Notes under the pieces: generated by a model
What the model saw: only the letters and a program-made list of their open reading frames with translations
What the model was told of the DNA's origin: nothing
Databases searched by the model: none
From: an uncultured Verrucomicrobiae bacterium
Lineage (GTDB): Bacteria > Verrucomicrobiota > Verrucomicrobiia > Chthoniobacterales > JAFAMB01
Assembly (NCBI GenBank): GCA_963782115.1
Contig: CAWAIK010000003.1
Location: 64,001-128,000 of the forward strand
Direction: 5' to 3'
Length of the DNA stretch: 64,000 nucleotides
Made by a program: the position numbers and the translations under genes
Part shown: positions 21,718 through 33,416 of the stretch, piece by piece
Position numbering within the stretch: the stretch's first letter is position 1
Layout: each line of letters opens with the position of its first letter

Positions 21718-21737
21718 TACTTACCTAAAAGTAGGTA
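21718..21737. promoter_or_regulatory. HxlR-type operator
   Basis: TACTTAC-ctaaaa-GTAGGTA imperfect inverted repeat between divergent hxlR-type and SDR genes. Confidence 0.55.
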
Positions 21738-21877
21738 CTTGTCCATTGTAAAGCAACGATCTAGTCTTGCATCAAGGTAATTGCAGAAGAGGAAGAAGAC
21801 ATCTTCTTCTACGAAGGCATCAGGCCGCACAAACGGAAGTCTGGACTGGTACTTCATGGAATACGAAAGGTCAGAAT

Positions 21878-22627
21878 ATGGGAAGGCTTACAGGAAAGGT
21901 TGCAGTCATTACGGGCGGCAATAGCGGTATCGGCTTGGCGACTGCGAAGCGGTTTGTATCCGAGGGTGGATACGTCTTCATCTCCGGTCGGCGCCAGGAC
22001 GAGTTGGATAAGGCGGTAGCGATCCTCGGCTCAGGCGTTACGGGAGTTCAGGGCGACATATCAAACCTGGATGACCTCGAGCGGCTGTTCGCAACCGTCC
22101 AGGCAGAGAAGGGGCATGTGGACGTACTGTTCGCCAACGCAGGGATAGGCAATAGGAGTCCTTTGGGCGCAATCAGCGAGGAGCAGTTCGACAAAGTTTT
22201 CGATGTGAACGTCAAAGGAACCCTGTTTACCGTGCAAAAGGCGCTCCCGTTGATGCGGGCTGGCGGCTCCATCATACTCACGGGATCGACTACAGGTTCC
22301 ATGGGAACGCCCGCCTTCAGCGTGTACAGCGCGACAAAGGCCGCTATCCGGAATTTTGCTCGAAGCTGGGCGCTGGACCTCAAAGGTACAGGCATCCGGG
22401 TCAATGTGCTCTCGCCGGGGGCTACAACGACGCCAGGTCTTCTCAATGGGCTGGCGAAGACGGGAATGCAAGAAGCTCTTCTTGCCGGTCTTGCCAGTCA
22501 GGCACCACTTGAACGTGTGGGCAACCCAGACGAAACGGCTGCCGTGGCCTTGTTCCTCGCCTCCGATGACAGCAGCTTTATGACAGGAAGCGAAGTATTC
22601 GTCGATGGCGGTTTGGCGCAGGTCTAA
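21878..22627 (+). CDS. SDR family oxidoreductase
   Basis: [32 protein letters not shown]. Confidence 0.95.
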   Translation: MGRLTGKVAVITGGNSGIGLATAKRFVSEGGYVFISGRRQDELDKAVAILGSGVTGVQGDISNLDDLERLFATVQAEKGHVDVLFANAGIGNRSPLGAISEEQFDKVFDVNVKGTLFTVQKALPLMRAGGSIILTGSTTGSMGTPAFSVYSATKAAIRNFARSWALDLKGTGIRVNVLSPGATTTPGLLNGLAKTGMQEALLAGLASQAPLERVGNPDETAAVALFLASDDSSFMTGSEVFVDGGLAQV

Positions 22628-22639
22628 TTCAGTGTGAGA

Positions 22640-23055
22640 GGGGGCTGCGCCATGGGATCTCCTCTCGAAATAGCTATTTCCATAGGCCGATAACGCCGCC
22701 GCCGATCGAGATATAATGCTTCGTGATTTGCTCGATGGGTTGCCCATCTTGTTCTTTCTCCTGGTGGTGCCATTTCCATGAGGGCCGGTCCAAACGCTTT
22801 GGTAAGCAGATCGATTTCCCACCATGCTTGAGCTAAAGGGCCGCCCTGTTCTGCAGTAAGCAGCGCGCTCAACTCATCGGCGTGGTCGTCTATTTTGTTG
22901 AGCGAGCTAGCCAATATTGCTTTCCGGCGTCCGAACGGAACAGCATCCCATCCTGAAAACGCGTATAGCGCATCACTGATTGCTTTATTTAACAACGCGC
23001 GATCTACATCGGGAACGGTGGCTAGTTGTTTTCCAGTAGCAGGATTGTTCAGTGT
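22640..23055 (-). pseudogene. Aldehyde dehydrogenase N-terminal fragment (copy 2)
   Basis: High DNA similarity to about 18945-19215; TAEQGGPLAQAWWEIDLL. Confidence 0.8.
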
Positions 23056-23117
23056 GACGGGTTGTTTGGACGGGACTCCAAAAGGATCCCTCCGCCCTGA
23101 CGCTTTTTAGAGACAGT

Positions 23118-23210
23118 CCTGCTCTTCTGCGCCGCAGTCCGCGAGGCGTGACGCTCACGGCTGAGGGAAAGCTTTTCCTGGAAGAAGTTCGCGAACTACT
23201 AAAGCGCACC
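23118..23210 (+). pseudogene. LysR internal fragment
   Basis: LLRRSPRGVTLTAEGKLFLEEVRELLKR, paralogous to about 20345-20430. Confidence 0.75.
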
Positions 23211-23234
23211 GCTTGTAACGCCAAGTCGAAAAGT

Positions 23235-23885
23235 TCACTCATGTTTGCTCTCCGTGAATTCCGTTTGTTCGGTCAACGTGGCCACGATTTCACTGGTGGA
23301 GACGATCGCGTGGGCGAAGGTCGGACCGTTGAGCTCGGCCGCGCGCATTTCTTCTCGACTGAAAGCCGCGGTCGCATCTTTGACGAGGGTGACGTGATAG
23401 CCGAGTTCCATTCCAAAACGGCCGGTAGACTCGATGCAGGTGTTCGCCAGCATGCCGATGAGGATGATCTTTTCGATTCCGTGCTGTTTAAGCTGCTGGT
23501 CGAGGTCAGTGTTAGCAAAGCCGCTTTGCGCCCAGTGCTCCTTGATGATGATGTCTCCCTCCTGCGGGACAAAGTCAGGATGCCACTCACCGCCCCAAGT
23601 ACCCTTCGCGAAGACCTGGTTCTTAGCCCCGGTGAGCTGCCTGGGAGTCGCGTACTTCCAATGGGTGTAGTCGCCCGGTTCCCAGCGATGATGGGGAACG
23701 ACGAAGATCCGGACACCTGACTGACGGGCCGCGCCCACGATAGATTTCAGGTTCGATAGAAGGTTCACTTCCTCTGCGACCTCTTTGGCTTGGGGCCAAA
23801 GCTTACCCGTCGGAGATAGGAAGTCGTTGTACGGATCTACGAGAAGGAGACCTGTCTGGTCTCTAACGTAATCTTTAGTGTGCAT
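23235..23885 (-). CDS. Isochorismatase-family cysteine hydrolase
   Basis: LLLVDPYNDF, IIIKEH, GMLANTCIESTGR, VTLVKDATA; AGGAG RBS. Confidence 0.92.
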   Translation of the reverse strand: MHTKDYVRDQTGLLLVDPYNDFLSPTGKLWPQAKEVAEEVNLLSNLKSIVGAARQSGVRIFVVPHHRWEPGDYTHWKYATPRQLTGAKNQVFAKGTWGGEWHPDFVPQEGDIIIKEHWAQSGFANTDLDQQLKQHGIEKIILIGMLANTCIESTGRFGMELGYHVTLVKDATAAFSREEMRAAELNGPTFAHAIVSTSEIVATLTEQTEFTESKHE

Positions 23886-24423
23886 ATTCTCCTATTGCGT
23901 TAGTGCAAGATCGTAAGGAAACCTCCTTGAACCATCTACGTTGCCAGTCTGACGCCAAAGGCAATGATACCGGCGGTGGATCAGCAGGAACGTCGTCGCA
24001 CCCTCTGTCCTGCGTAGATCACTATTTTGGTTGGCTCTTTGGTTCTGGTTGTCCTTTGACCAATACCTGCGTTGTTGCAAATAAGAGTGTATTTACACCT
24101 AATGCAAGGAAATCCTCAAAAGATTGTGAAAGACAACACTTCATTCGATGAAGAAAAGGAAATTATATGCGTGCAGTGAAAACAGAAGGATTCAGCGGCT
24201 GCAAGGATTGCCGGGCAAAATGTTGCGCCGGTTCTTCCTGACAGTTGCATAGTTAGCTCCTGCTCGTGAAGCTTTGCCTCAAGCTGAACGCTCTTGAGCA
24301 CGTCCGGCTGACCCAAGACCGCCCAGATCGCTCTCGTGATCGAAACGTCGGGGCTTCGCGAAGTTCACCTGATTCCAGCGGCCTAATCCGCTTGCGCTTC
24401 GACCGCGAATTTCAGCAGGTCAT

Positions 24424-24921
24424 TCATGCTGCTGCCGCAGTGGAGCGCTCCGCCAGAAGACGCAGTTTTTCATCCAGTTTCCGCGCCGAAACCATTAGCT
24501 CTTCGTTGCCCAGGCGACTCATGAGCGAGGACGGGAGATCATAGACCAGACGAACTTTTTTGTCGGAATCCTCGTAGACCATTAGGCGGATGGGGACGTT
24601 TAATCCCGCGCCCACGTCGTATTTCATCATGGTCCAGGCGATGAGAGGATTCCCAAGTGCGTAGGTCCGGGCCTTTGCCTTCACGCCGAAATGGCGGAGC
24701 CATCCGGCATGATCAGCCGTCATGAAACGCATAAAGCCGCTTTCACCTTCGAACGATCGGACTTTCGCATCGAATTCCGAAAGGCTTTGAGCTTCCCGGA
24801 TCACAGCATTCAATTCGCCCTTTTCCACCGAACCGGTGGCAGCTTCAAAGGCCGCCACAACTTCTTCAAAACTGCGGTCCGTGGCGTGCTCGTAATGTTG
24901 GACAGTAAAGGCGTTAATGAT
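24424..24921 (-). CDS. DUF302 domain protein (start codon reads ATC)
   Basis: LGNPLIAWTMMKYDVGAGLNVPIRLMVYE..YDLPSS; frame open back to ATC at 24921, 6 nt after AAAGGAGA. Confidence 0.8.
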   Translation of the reverse strand: MINAFTVQHYEHATDRSFEEVVAAFEAATGSVEKGELNAVIREAQSLSEFDAKVRSFEGESGFMRFMTADHAGWLRHFGVKAKARTYALGNPLIAWTMMKYDVGAGLNVPIRLMVYEDSDKKVRLVYDLPSSLMSRLGNEELMVSARKLDEKLRLLAERSTAAAA

Positions 24922-25149
24922 AACAGTTCTCCTTTGTTGATTGAAAGGTGTACAAACGATATCGAACTCAGGCTCCGGGGAGACAAGCTCTTAACTGCGT
25001 TGCTTCATCGAGAAGCCAGCCGCCGATCGGTCGCTTCGAAAACTGCGGGTCCTGAGCTGTGACGCTCCGTCGCCCTATCTCATCCAATACATTTTGCGCC
25101 AGCCGAGTGTTGATTTCTGCGATCGTTGTTGTCATGGGCAACTCCTAAC

Positions 25150-25885
25150 CTATTGCTTCACGCCGCGCGCCGAACCCCAGAGTGCGCCCGGATTGACGCG
25201 GTCCGGATAGAGGCTCAACATCTTATCGTATAGCTCTCGCGCGGTCGTCGTGGTGTCGGCTAAGCGGTTGAAATCGCGGATGTACTGGCGGGTCTCTTCG
25301 ATGATCCTGGGGCTGTCGTCGTTTTCGGCTCGCTTGTGTCCCGCGATCACCGCTGTCGGGTTCAGCGCCTCGATTGTATCGAGGGCGGCAATCCACTCGA
25401 GGCGCATTTTTGGATTGGATTCGGCAAGATACAGGTGGACGCCGTTGTAGGCGGCGTCACCCGCTACGACCAAGCCGATTGAGGGAACATGGAGGCAAGT
25501 CGTGCTGTCGGTATCGGTATGTCCGAGCGGCACAGCGATCAAATCGTGCCCCTCAAGATCAATGACGTTTCCGGTCAGTTCTTCGGCAATCACAACACGA
25601 TCGGAAAGCAGACCGGGAAAACGCGCATTCCAAAACGACGCGAGAGACTCCGGCGATGCCTGCTGGCGCATTACCTTGACTACATCCGTCGTCGCAACAA
25701 ACCGGGTGTTCTGAAACCTCGCGAGAACCGTACTGACGCCGAAGAAATGGTCGGCGTGGCCGTGAGTCGCGTAAATCGTCGTGAGGTTCTTGCCGCTCGC
25801 CGTGATCCAATCGACCAAGGCGAAAGCCTGCTCGACGGTGAGGAGGGCGTCGACGAGGACAGCGTCCCGCTTGCCGGAAATGCTT
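25150..25885 (-). pseudogene. MBL-fold metallo-hydrolase, 5'-truncated (copy 1)
   Basis: THGHADH, GHTD, AGDAAYN, IAGH; homology to the 27228 copy stops near 25885. Confidence 0.8.
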
Positions 25886-25920
25886 TCATCTTTTCACTCT
25901 CCTTTTCCATCTTATGAAAT

Positions 25921-26369
25921 CTATTCGGGTAACCGGTAGAAGTGGCTCGAGTCGATCTTGCCTTCGGTCCTATGGCCAAGTTCGGCCGAGAATTTGAGCA
26001 GCGCCTCGAGCGGCCGGTGGTGAATGCCGATTGAAGTGATCTTACTCGCCTCGTTGATCTCCAGGACGGTGACACCTGCGAGCTCTAGGCACTAAAGGTG
26101 CGCGCCTTCCACTCTAGCCATGTCCGTCCATCGCTCTTGGCCTGCGCAATGAAGATCAGGTGCTCGTACATGGTGCTAGCCGCACCCATACAGATTTTGA
26201 CGAAGTCGCGACCGACGATCGGCTTGACTAAGGAACTCGCATTAAGCACCACATCTGGCGCCAGAGCCGCCTCAAAACCCTCTGTCGAGCGTTTCTCGAA
26301 GGCATCGGTCCAGGGTTGCTCATCGACATTGCCGGCAACGTTTTTCGTCATAGTGGTCTTTTTTGTCAT
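25921..26369 (-). pseudogene. SnoaL/NTF2-like protein with 1-bp frameshift
   Basis: LAPDVVLNAS...GRTWLEWKA, stop at 26085; continues ELAGVTVL..HHRPLE in another frame to TAG at 25921. Confidence 0.75.
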
Positions 26370-26400
26370 GGTAGTTTTTCTTCTGGTTGACGTTGTTTCG

Positions 26401-27186
26401 TCAGGTCTGTGACCGGCCGATTTCAGCAAGGAAGCCGTTAATAGCTGTCGCGGTCGCGGTCGGTTGCTCAAGATGTGGCCAGTGGCCGGCATTCGAAACG
26501 GTTGCGATCCTCGCGCGCGCGAAGCGAGGGAAGATGGTGGTTGTGACCAGCTCGCGGGTCACCAAAGGGTCGTCAACGCCGTTGATGATTAACACGGGAG
26601 CATCGACCACGCTTGATACCCGACCCGCGTCGTGACCGCCGCTCCAGGCGTCGAACAGGGCTGCGACCGTCGCCGGGGGTACGCTAGCTCCCACTTCGAC
26701 GGCATGATCAAGGTCGGCGGCCGTCAAATGGCTGGACGACTGGATCCGCAGCTCTCTTTGGCCTTTAGGGTTGCTGCCGAGCCCGCGGAAAGCGGTCGCT
26801 CTGGCGTCCGGCAGGGCGATACCTTCAAGTGGTACGGGCGTCAACAACACCAGACCGGCGATCTGGCGTGGCCGCATACGAGCTACGAGTTCGGCGATCT
26901 GCGCGCCCATGCTGTGGCCGACCAGGACCGTAGATCGCCCGACTGCGTCAACGATAGAAGCCACCGCATGTCCGAGCCGGTCCAGCGAAAACGGTCCCGG
27001 GTCGCCAGCAGCTTTTCCCATGCCGGGCAAATCAAGTGTAACTACAGAAAGGTTCCGAGCTTCCACCGACTCGATCGTCGACTGCCAGAAGCTGCCGTCA
27101 TCAAGGAACCCATGAATGAAAACAAGCGCGTTAGCGCCGTTTCCGCTCCGGGTGAAAGGCAGCGGTATCTCTCGTCGTTCAGTCAT
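26401..27186 (-). CDS. Alpha/beta fold hydrolase
   Basis: FIHGF, DLPGMG, nucleophile GHSMG, catalytic AGHWPH. Confidence 0.92.
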   Translation of the reverse strand: MTERREIPLPFTRSGNGANALVFIHGFLDDGSFWQSTIESVEARNLSVVTLDLPGMGKAAGDPGPFSLDRLGHAVASIVDAVGRSTVLVGHSMGAQIAELVARMRPRQIAGLVLLTPVPLEGIALPDARATAFRGLGSNPKGQRELRIQSSSHLTAADLDHAVEVGASVPPATVAALFDAWSGGHDAGRVSSVVDAPVLIINGVDDPLVTRELVTTTIFPRFARARIATVSNAGHWPHLEQPTATATAINGFLAEIGRSQT

Positions 27187-27227
27187 TGTGCGCTTCACAA
27201 CTATTTCGTCGGTGGGATCGACCCACC

Positions 27228-28090
27228 CTATGCCTGCTTCTTGGCGGTGTTCGCTGCGCCCCAAAGCGAGCCCGGATTGACGCGATCCGGATAGAGTTCG
27301 AGCATTGCGTCATAGAGCTGGAGCGCGTTCACGGTTGCTTCGTTCAGGCGGTTGAAATCACGAAGGTATTGCCGCGTCTCGGCAATGATGCGGGGATCAT
27401 CGTCGTTTTCCGGCACCTTGTGCCCGGCTATCACGGCTTTCGGTTTGAGGGCCTCAAGCTTGTCGAGCGTGGAGATCCATTCAAGCCGGCTCTGTGTGTC
27501 GGTCTCGCCGAGGTAGGGATGAATTCCGTTGTAAACGGCGTCGCCGGCAACGATCAGTCCGATCGACGGGACGTGCAAGCAGGTGGAGGGAGCCGTATCG
27601 GTCCGCCCCGCGTTCATCGCGACAAGCTTGTGCCCCTCCAGCTCCAGATCGTTGTCTTCCAGCGGTTCGGCAACCAACAGGCGATCCGGAATCTCGCCGG
27701 GGAAAAGCCGGCGCCAGAAGTTCTCGATCCAGACGGGCGATAGATGCTCACCCATGGCCTTGACGACCTCGGGTATCGCGACCGCCCTTGCGCGCGGGAA
27801 ACGCTCCAGAAGTGATGCAAGGCCAAAGAAATGATCGCCGTGTCCGTGGGTGACATAGATCGCGGTGAGGTTCTTTCCGCTCGCGACGACCCAATCCAAC
27901 AGATTCTGCGATTGCTCCGTCGTCAGAAAGGTGTCCACGAGAATGGCGTCGCGCTCACCGCAGATGAGCGTCGACGAATTCGCCACCCACATCCGTTCTT
28001 CCTTGCCGGCTGGCAAATCGCGAACGAGGCCAGGACGCTTTATCGTCAGTACATTCCAGTGAAGATCAGTCTTAGTCGTGTTGATTGCAT
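27228..28090 (-). CDS. MBL-fold metallo-hydrolase (copy 2), probably damaged
   Basis: THGHGDH, AGDAVYN, IAGH. The RBS-linked ATG at 28090 is out of frame, and the second His motif reads GRTD (GHTD in copy 1). Confidence 0.8.
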
Positions 28091-28178
28091 TTATCCTCAG
28101 CTTCTTGTTTGGTTAAGCGAGCGGAACCTGGCCGAGATAGGGACAGTTTTATCCTCCTCAAGCCACGTTGACCGGTCG

Positions 28179-28950
28179 TCAGCGGCGGTGCGCAGGTGCT
28201 GCGCCCGGCGATCCAAGAACGCCGCCATCGACGACAAGCTCTGCTCCCTGGATGTAGGCTGCCTCATCCGACGCTAGAAAGAGGACGGCGCTGGCTATAT
28301 TCTTCGGCCCTACCGATGCGATTGAGCGGAATCATCGCTTGGAGGCCACTCTCGCGTGCCGCAGCGGCTTCGGGCGGTACGGCCGTTCGCCCCCAGATCG
28401 GCGTTTCGATAACGCCGGGAACAACGGTGTTGACCCTGATACCGCGCGGTGAGAGCTCACCTGCGAGCGAGCGGCACATCGCCCGCACGCCCGCTTTGCT
28501 AACTGCGTAGGCGGAAGACTCGCCAGTACCGATGCTTGCAGCCATCGACCCGTTCAGGATAATCGACGCCCCGACGCCCATAAGCGCCAAAGCAGCTTGG
28601 ACGGTCAGGAAAACCGCAGTGACGTTGGTGCGCAAGACGTCATCGAAATCCTTTTCCAGGGTTTCCTCGATAGGACTGAATTTCGCGATCCCGGCATTGG
28701 CAAACAGGATGTCGAGATGGCCGAATTCGTTCTTGATCCGGTCGAAAAGGCTGGAGCGCGCCTGCGTATCCAGAACATCCGATTTGATGGCCGTCACACC
28801 CAACTCCTTCGCAGCCGCGGCGAGCGTTGTCGCATCGCGGCCCGTAATTGCAACACGAGCGCCTTCGGCAACAAACCGCCGTGCCGTCGCAAGGCCGATC
28901 CCGCTGTTGCCACCAGTAATGAGTGCAATTTTTCCTTCAAGCTTACCCAT
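28179..28950 (-). pseudogene. SDR oxidoreductase with frameshift near the 3' end
   Basis: [13 protein letters not shown]; after GRAEE the IASAVLFLASD..VVDGG tail is in another frame (shift near 28298). Confidence 0.85.
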
Positions 28951-29028
28951 GGATTTCTCCTTCGTTGTCATTTGTTCGCTGATTTGGCATCAGGGCCGCG
29001 TTTTTGCCGGCTCATCGCCACGGGGAAG

Positions 29029-29394
29029 TCACCGCTTCGGCGAGATCTTTCCCGCAAATGTCTGGGTCACGATCTTTCCGTTCTGCACGATGAAGGTGTC
29101 GGTGCCGAGCTCGAAGCGGTTGTCCGTCGTCTCGGCCTTCCACACGATATAGGCGGTGTCGCCGTCGACCTCCTGCCGGAGCATCTCGAAAAACATCCCC
29201 GGCTTCGCGAACTCCTCGAAGAGGCTCACGAAAAATCTCCGAATCGCCTCGGAGCCGCGCAACACGCCATCCGGTGTGAAGAACCTCGACTCGGCGGTGT
29301 AGTCAGCCATGGTGCCGACGATATCGCCCAAGCAGTTCAGGTGGTGTGTGAGTACGTCCTGGGTCGTCGCAGCGACGCCATTTTTCTGTTCCAT
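29029..29394 (-). CDS. SnoaL/NTF2-like protein
   Basis: AAGGAG RBS; MADYT, GDTAYIVW, GTDTFIVQNGKIVTQTF. Confidence 0.85.
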   Translation of the reverse strand: MEQKNGVAATTQDVLTHHLNCLGDIVGTMADYTAESRFFTPDGVLRGSEAIRRFFVSLFEEFAKPGMFFEMLRQEVDGDTAYIVWKAETTDNRFELGTDTFIVQNGKIVTQTFAGKISPKR

Positions 29395-29581
29395 GTATTT
29401 CTCCTTTAGTTGTCGTTTGTTTGCCTGTTCTTTGCGAACGTCGAGAGCGTTGTGGATCGTAACATGCGTCACGAACGGCTCGCCGCGGGCATTGAGCAGA
29501 TACTCGCTAAAACCCTGTTCATTGATACACAGTTGCCGTCGATCCGTTGGATAGGCCAATACTGTATTCCTTGAGCTGACC

Positions 29582-29596
29582 ATGCCTTTTCGGCAT
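29582..29596. promoter_or_regulatory. LysR-type T-N11-A box (copy 1)
   Basis: ATGCC-ttttc-GGCAT within a block of about 90 bp repeated at about 31057-31150. Confidence 0.6.
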
Positions 29597-29789
29597 AATG
29601 CAAAGCAGCATTGGGACTCGGGTATCTGCACGCGGCTCTCTTATTTTGAAGCTCACATTCAAGGCGGAGGGCACAGGCGTAAATTTTACCGGCCTCATCA
29701 ACCCTCTCACCCTGGTACTGACCATTGGTGTTAACACCGGCACCACGACCGTGACGGCGCAATTCGAGTAGTCACGAGGCGCACCATTT

Positions 29790-30172
29790 GGCGGAATCCT
29801 GACGCTTGCGGCGGCTCGGGAGGAGCAATGATTTTGATGCCGAACACCTCGGCAAGCTTAAGCAATTTCGCCATTTGATCGGGCGTCGGGATTTCGACCG
29901 GTGGTGTGATCCCCTCCATCAGCCGAATACCAGCCTGGGCAATAAATGCGTCGAAACCGCCGGGCGTCGTCAGCAAAAGTGAACGTACAGGTGTTTGGCT
30001 CCGATTCCGGAGGCGATGCGGGACATTCCTCGGAGCGAAGTAGCTTTCTCCTGAACCAAGAGAGAACTTTTTATGACCGATGGTAACCTCAAGCTCTCCT
30101 TCCAGAAGGTGCATCGACTCGTCCTCGTTGGCATGCAAGTGCAGACCGCCGTCGCCGTCCGGCGGCATCAAG
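29790..30172 (-). pseudogene. Cupin domain protein, 5'-truncated
   Basis: LHLHANEDESMHLLEGEL, FAPRNVPHRLRN, TPGGFDAF. Confidence 0.8.
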
Positions 30173-30175
30173 CCC

Positions 30176-30895
30176 TCAATGAGGGGTAGGAGACACGCGA
30201 GGCACCCAGATCCCCGGCTCATACATTCGGGCTGCCCGAGTGGAGCGGATCGTGACCGAGTTCTCCCAGATGCCCGGGGGAGTCGGCTGCAGGTAAAAAT
30301 CGATCGCGTCTTTGCTGCGATAGGAGGCTAGAACTGCCGGATCGTCGCTCACGACCAGCTGCCGGCGCAAAGGCTCACCGCGAAGCTGACCACGTTCGTC
30401 TTCGGCGAACGCGCTCTCCAGGGCTGCGATTCCTTCCGGAGCGATGCGGCGCAGACCTTGTTCAAAACCGCTAATCGTCGGAACTTGCGAGACAACCGCC
30501 TTTAGCCGCCTGTCGGTAGCACCGAGCACAATCGCGTGGCCCCCGGCATAGCTGGTGCCCCAGATGCCGATATGAGCGGCATCAACTTCGGTCTGGCTTT
30601 CGAGAAACGAAATCGCGCGGCGCCAATCGACGATCTGCTGCCAAGGGTCGACGTCCCCGCGCTCTGCACCATCGCTCGCCCCGAAATTGCGATGATCATG
30701 GACCAGCACGACGAAACCGGCTTCCGCGAAGGCCCGCGCGAATCGTTCGATGCCATGCTCCTTCACGCCGGCATAGCCGTGCGCCATCGTAATCGCCGGC
30801 GCGGGACTTTTGCCGCCGGGAACGAACAGCCAACCGCGCAACGTCACGCCGCCCTCGACCGCGAACTCGATATTCCTTCTTTCCGCCATCGCCAT
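30176..30895 (-). pseudogene. Alpha/beta hydrolase (S15/CocE-like), 3'-truncated and fused to the cupin remnant
   Basis: MAHGYAGVKE, DHRNFGASDG, WGTSYAGG; ends at VSPTP before the expected Asp/His. Confidence 0.8.
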
Positions 30896-31101
30896 TTGCT
30901 TTTCTCCTTATGCTTCGATCATGAACAACGAGCTTTAACAATCGAAGTCAGTGATACGGGGGTATCCCTCCAGCACGCACGAGAAACGCCTCGTATCGCA
31001 ACAACGTGCTTGCTCAGAACGTTCTTGTTTAACCTCGTTCGGTTTCCACAGTTTGGTGTCGATCCTTTGGACGGGCCAATACTGTATTCCTTGAGCTGAC
31101 A

Positions 31102-31154
31102 ATGCCTTCTCGGCATAATGGAAAGTTCCAATGGAACTCCGGCATCTGCGGTAT
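31102..31154 (+). pseudogene. LysR box plus the first 8 codons of a lysR gene
   Basis: ATGCC-ttctc-GGCAT (31102-31116), then ATG GAA CTC CGG CAT CTG CGG TAT = MELRHLRY at 31131. Confidence 0.75.
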
Positions 31155-31265
31155 TGCGGAGTTTGGGCGACGAGGTTGTAGTCAACCCCATTTTTCCAGT
31201 TCACGAAGAACGAAGACGATGCCTCGGCGGCCGGGCTGCGAACTGAATCTGACCGCCTTGAGGAT

Positions 31266-31410
31266 TTATTCGCGAGCGCTCGCTCGCGCCCTCACAGCCT
31301 TGAATCCCGAGACGAAGCGCGCGAGTGTTTTTGAGATAGCTTCGCGCGGCAGCATGACTTCGATAAGCGTAAATTGTCCGCGCCGCGAGACAGCGCACTC
31401 CATCGCTTCC
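31266..31410 (-). pseudogene. C-terminal fragment of a ThDP-dependent (indole/phenyl)pyruvate decarboxylase-like enzyme
   Basis: EAMECAVSRRGQFTLIEVMLPREAISKTLARFVSGFK*, recognised from memory of family C-termini. Confidence 0.4.
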
Positions 31411-31411
31411 T

Positions 31412-33340
31412 TCAGTTCTCCACATCTCGGCTAACCGCACCAAGGTCCCGATCCTGAACTGCGCCATAGATGTCAATTACCCGGCGAATGTTATAGTGCG
31501 AGATCAACCCAATTTCATGTCCGCGAGCTACCGACGCCACGTCTCCTAATATTTCCATGTTCGTTCCACTGGTTGCGTTGAGCGGAATATTCAAAAGATC
31601 GTTCATGGATTGCAGCCGGTATTGTGGTGTTTGGGCGACGAGGTTGTAGTCGACGCCATTTTTCCAGTTCACGAAGAACATGGGCGTTATTTGAAAACTG
31701 CCACTCAACGCGTTCAACACACTGGAAGCAACATCGCGCTCTGTGTATCCCGCTTGAGCGGCTTTGACCCGGTCAACGGCTACTTCCAGCGTCGGATAGT
31801 CGAGCGGCTGTTGTACCCGCAGGTCGGCTATTCCGGGGATTTGCCGCATCTGCGCCATGATCTTCTCAGCGATCTCTTGACTGGCCACCACATCGTTCCC
31901 TTCGATCTGGACATCAATCGGCGACGGCAACCCGAAATTGAGGATCTGCGTAACAATGTCTGCGGGTAAAAAGTAGAAAGTCACTCCCGGAAACCTTCGA
32001 GGAAGCTGAAAACGCAGATCACGAATACAATTGGCTACCGGTCCATGGTTTTCCCGGAGGGAGACCAGCACATCCCCATCGCTCGCGCCCAGAACCCCGG
32101 AGGTAGAGTGCATGGTGTTCATCGGACTATAGGGAAGACCGATATTATCCAGGATATTCCCCAGCTCGCTTGCCGGGATCGTTTCGCGAATATAGTTTTC
32201 CACCAGGTCGAACAGGCGCGCCGTTTCTTCGATACGCATGCCCGTCTTGCCCCGCACATGCAGTATGAATTGGCCGCTATCGGTATCAGGGAAGAAATCC
32301 TGACCCAACCATGGCGCCAGCAAGGAGCCACAGAGACATAGCCCAAGGAACCCCGACACAAAGAGTTTCCGATTAGTAAGAAGACTGGTCAACAACTGCC
32401 GATAGACGCTGCGGACCTGTTCAAACAGCCGCTCGAATGAACGCTGTATTCGACTAAACAGGTTTCGCGACTCCGATCCGTGACTTTTGGCCCTAAGCAG
32501 ATACATCGCCAAAGTAGGCACCAGCGTCCTGGATAGAACGTAAGATGCGAGCATCGCAAACACCACCGCCTCCGCCAGGGGCACGAAAAGATAGCGTGCT
32601 ACACCATCCAGCAGAAACATCGGAAGGAACACGATACAAATGCACAAGGTAGAGACTAACGCCGGAACCGCAATCTGGGCAGCGCCTTCCAAGATGCCAT
32701 CGTGCAGCGAACGGCCTTCTTCCAGAACGCGCTCGATATTTTCAATGGTGACCGTAGCATCATCAACCAGAATCCCCACGGCCAGAGCTAAGCCTCCGAG
32801 CGTCATGATGTTAATGGTTTCGCCCAACAGGCTAATCAGGATGATGGACGTCAAGATCGATAGCGGGATCGAGACCGCAATAATCAGAGTGCTTCGCCAA
32901 CTGCCGAGAAATAAGAGAATCATGAGACCGGTTAGCCCCGCGGCGATGACGGCCTCTCGAATAACTCCGCTGACGGCGCTGCGAACGAAGATGCTTTGAT
33001 CCGCCAACGGCGTCATTCTTAACTCCGGTGGAACGATCGTCGCGATGCGTGGAAGCAAGGTTTGCACTCCGCTGACCACGCTCAGAGTTGATGCGTTCCC
33101 CGCCTTCAAAATGCTCATGAGCACACCACGGCGGCCATTCTCGCGGACCACGTTGGTTTGCAAAGCGAATCCGTCACTCACCGTGGCGACATCTCTCAGA
33201 TAAATCGTCGTGGTTCCCACTTGCTTGATTGGAAGATTGTTGAGTTCTGCGACGGTCCGGGGCTCCGTATTCGTACGCACATCCAACTCGCTCTCCCCTA
33301 GTTTTACCGTTCCGGAGGGTAGTACCAGACTCTGCGCGTT
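31412..33340 (-). pseudogene. RND (AcrB/AcrD/AcrF) efflux permease, internal fragment
   Basis: NIMTLGGLALAVGILVDDATVTIENI, FFPDTDSGQF; about 640 aa, both termini missing. Confidence 0.9.
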
Positions 33341-33416
33341 TTTTGTCCAATCATCATGATGGAAGCCTCCATCACGTCGCTGCGTCGGACAAAACGGTCT
33401 TCCGGTATTTCTCCGG

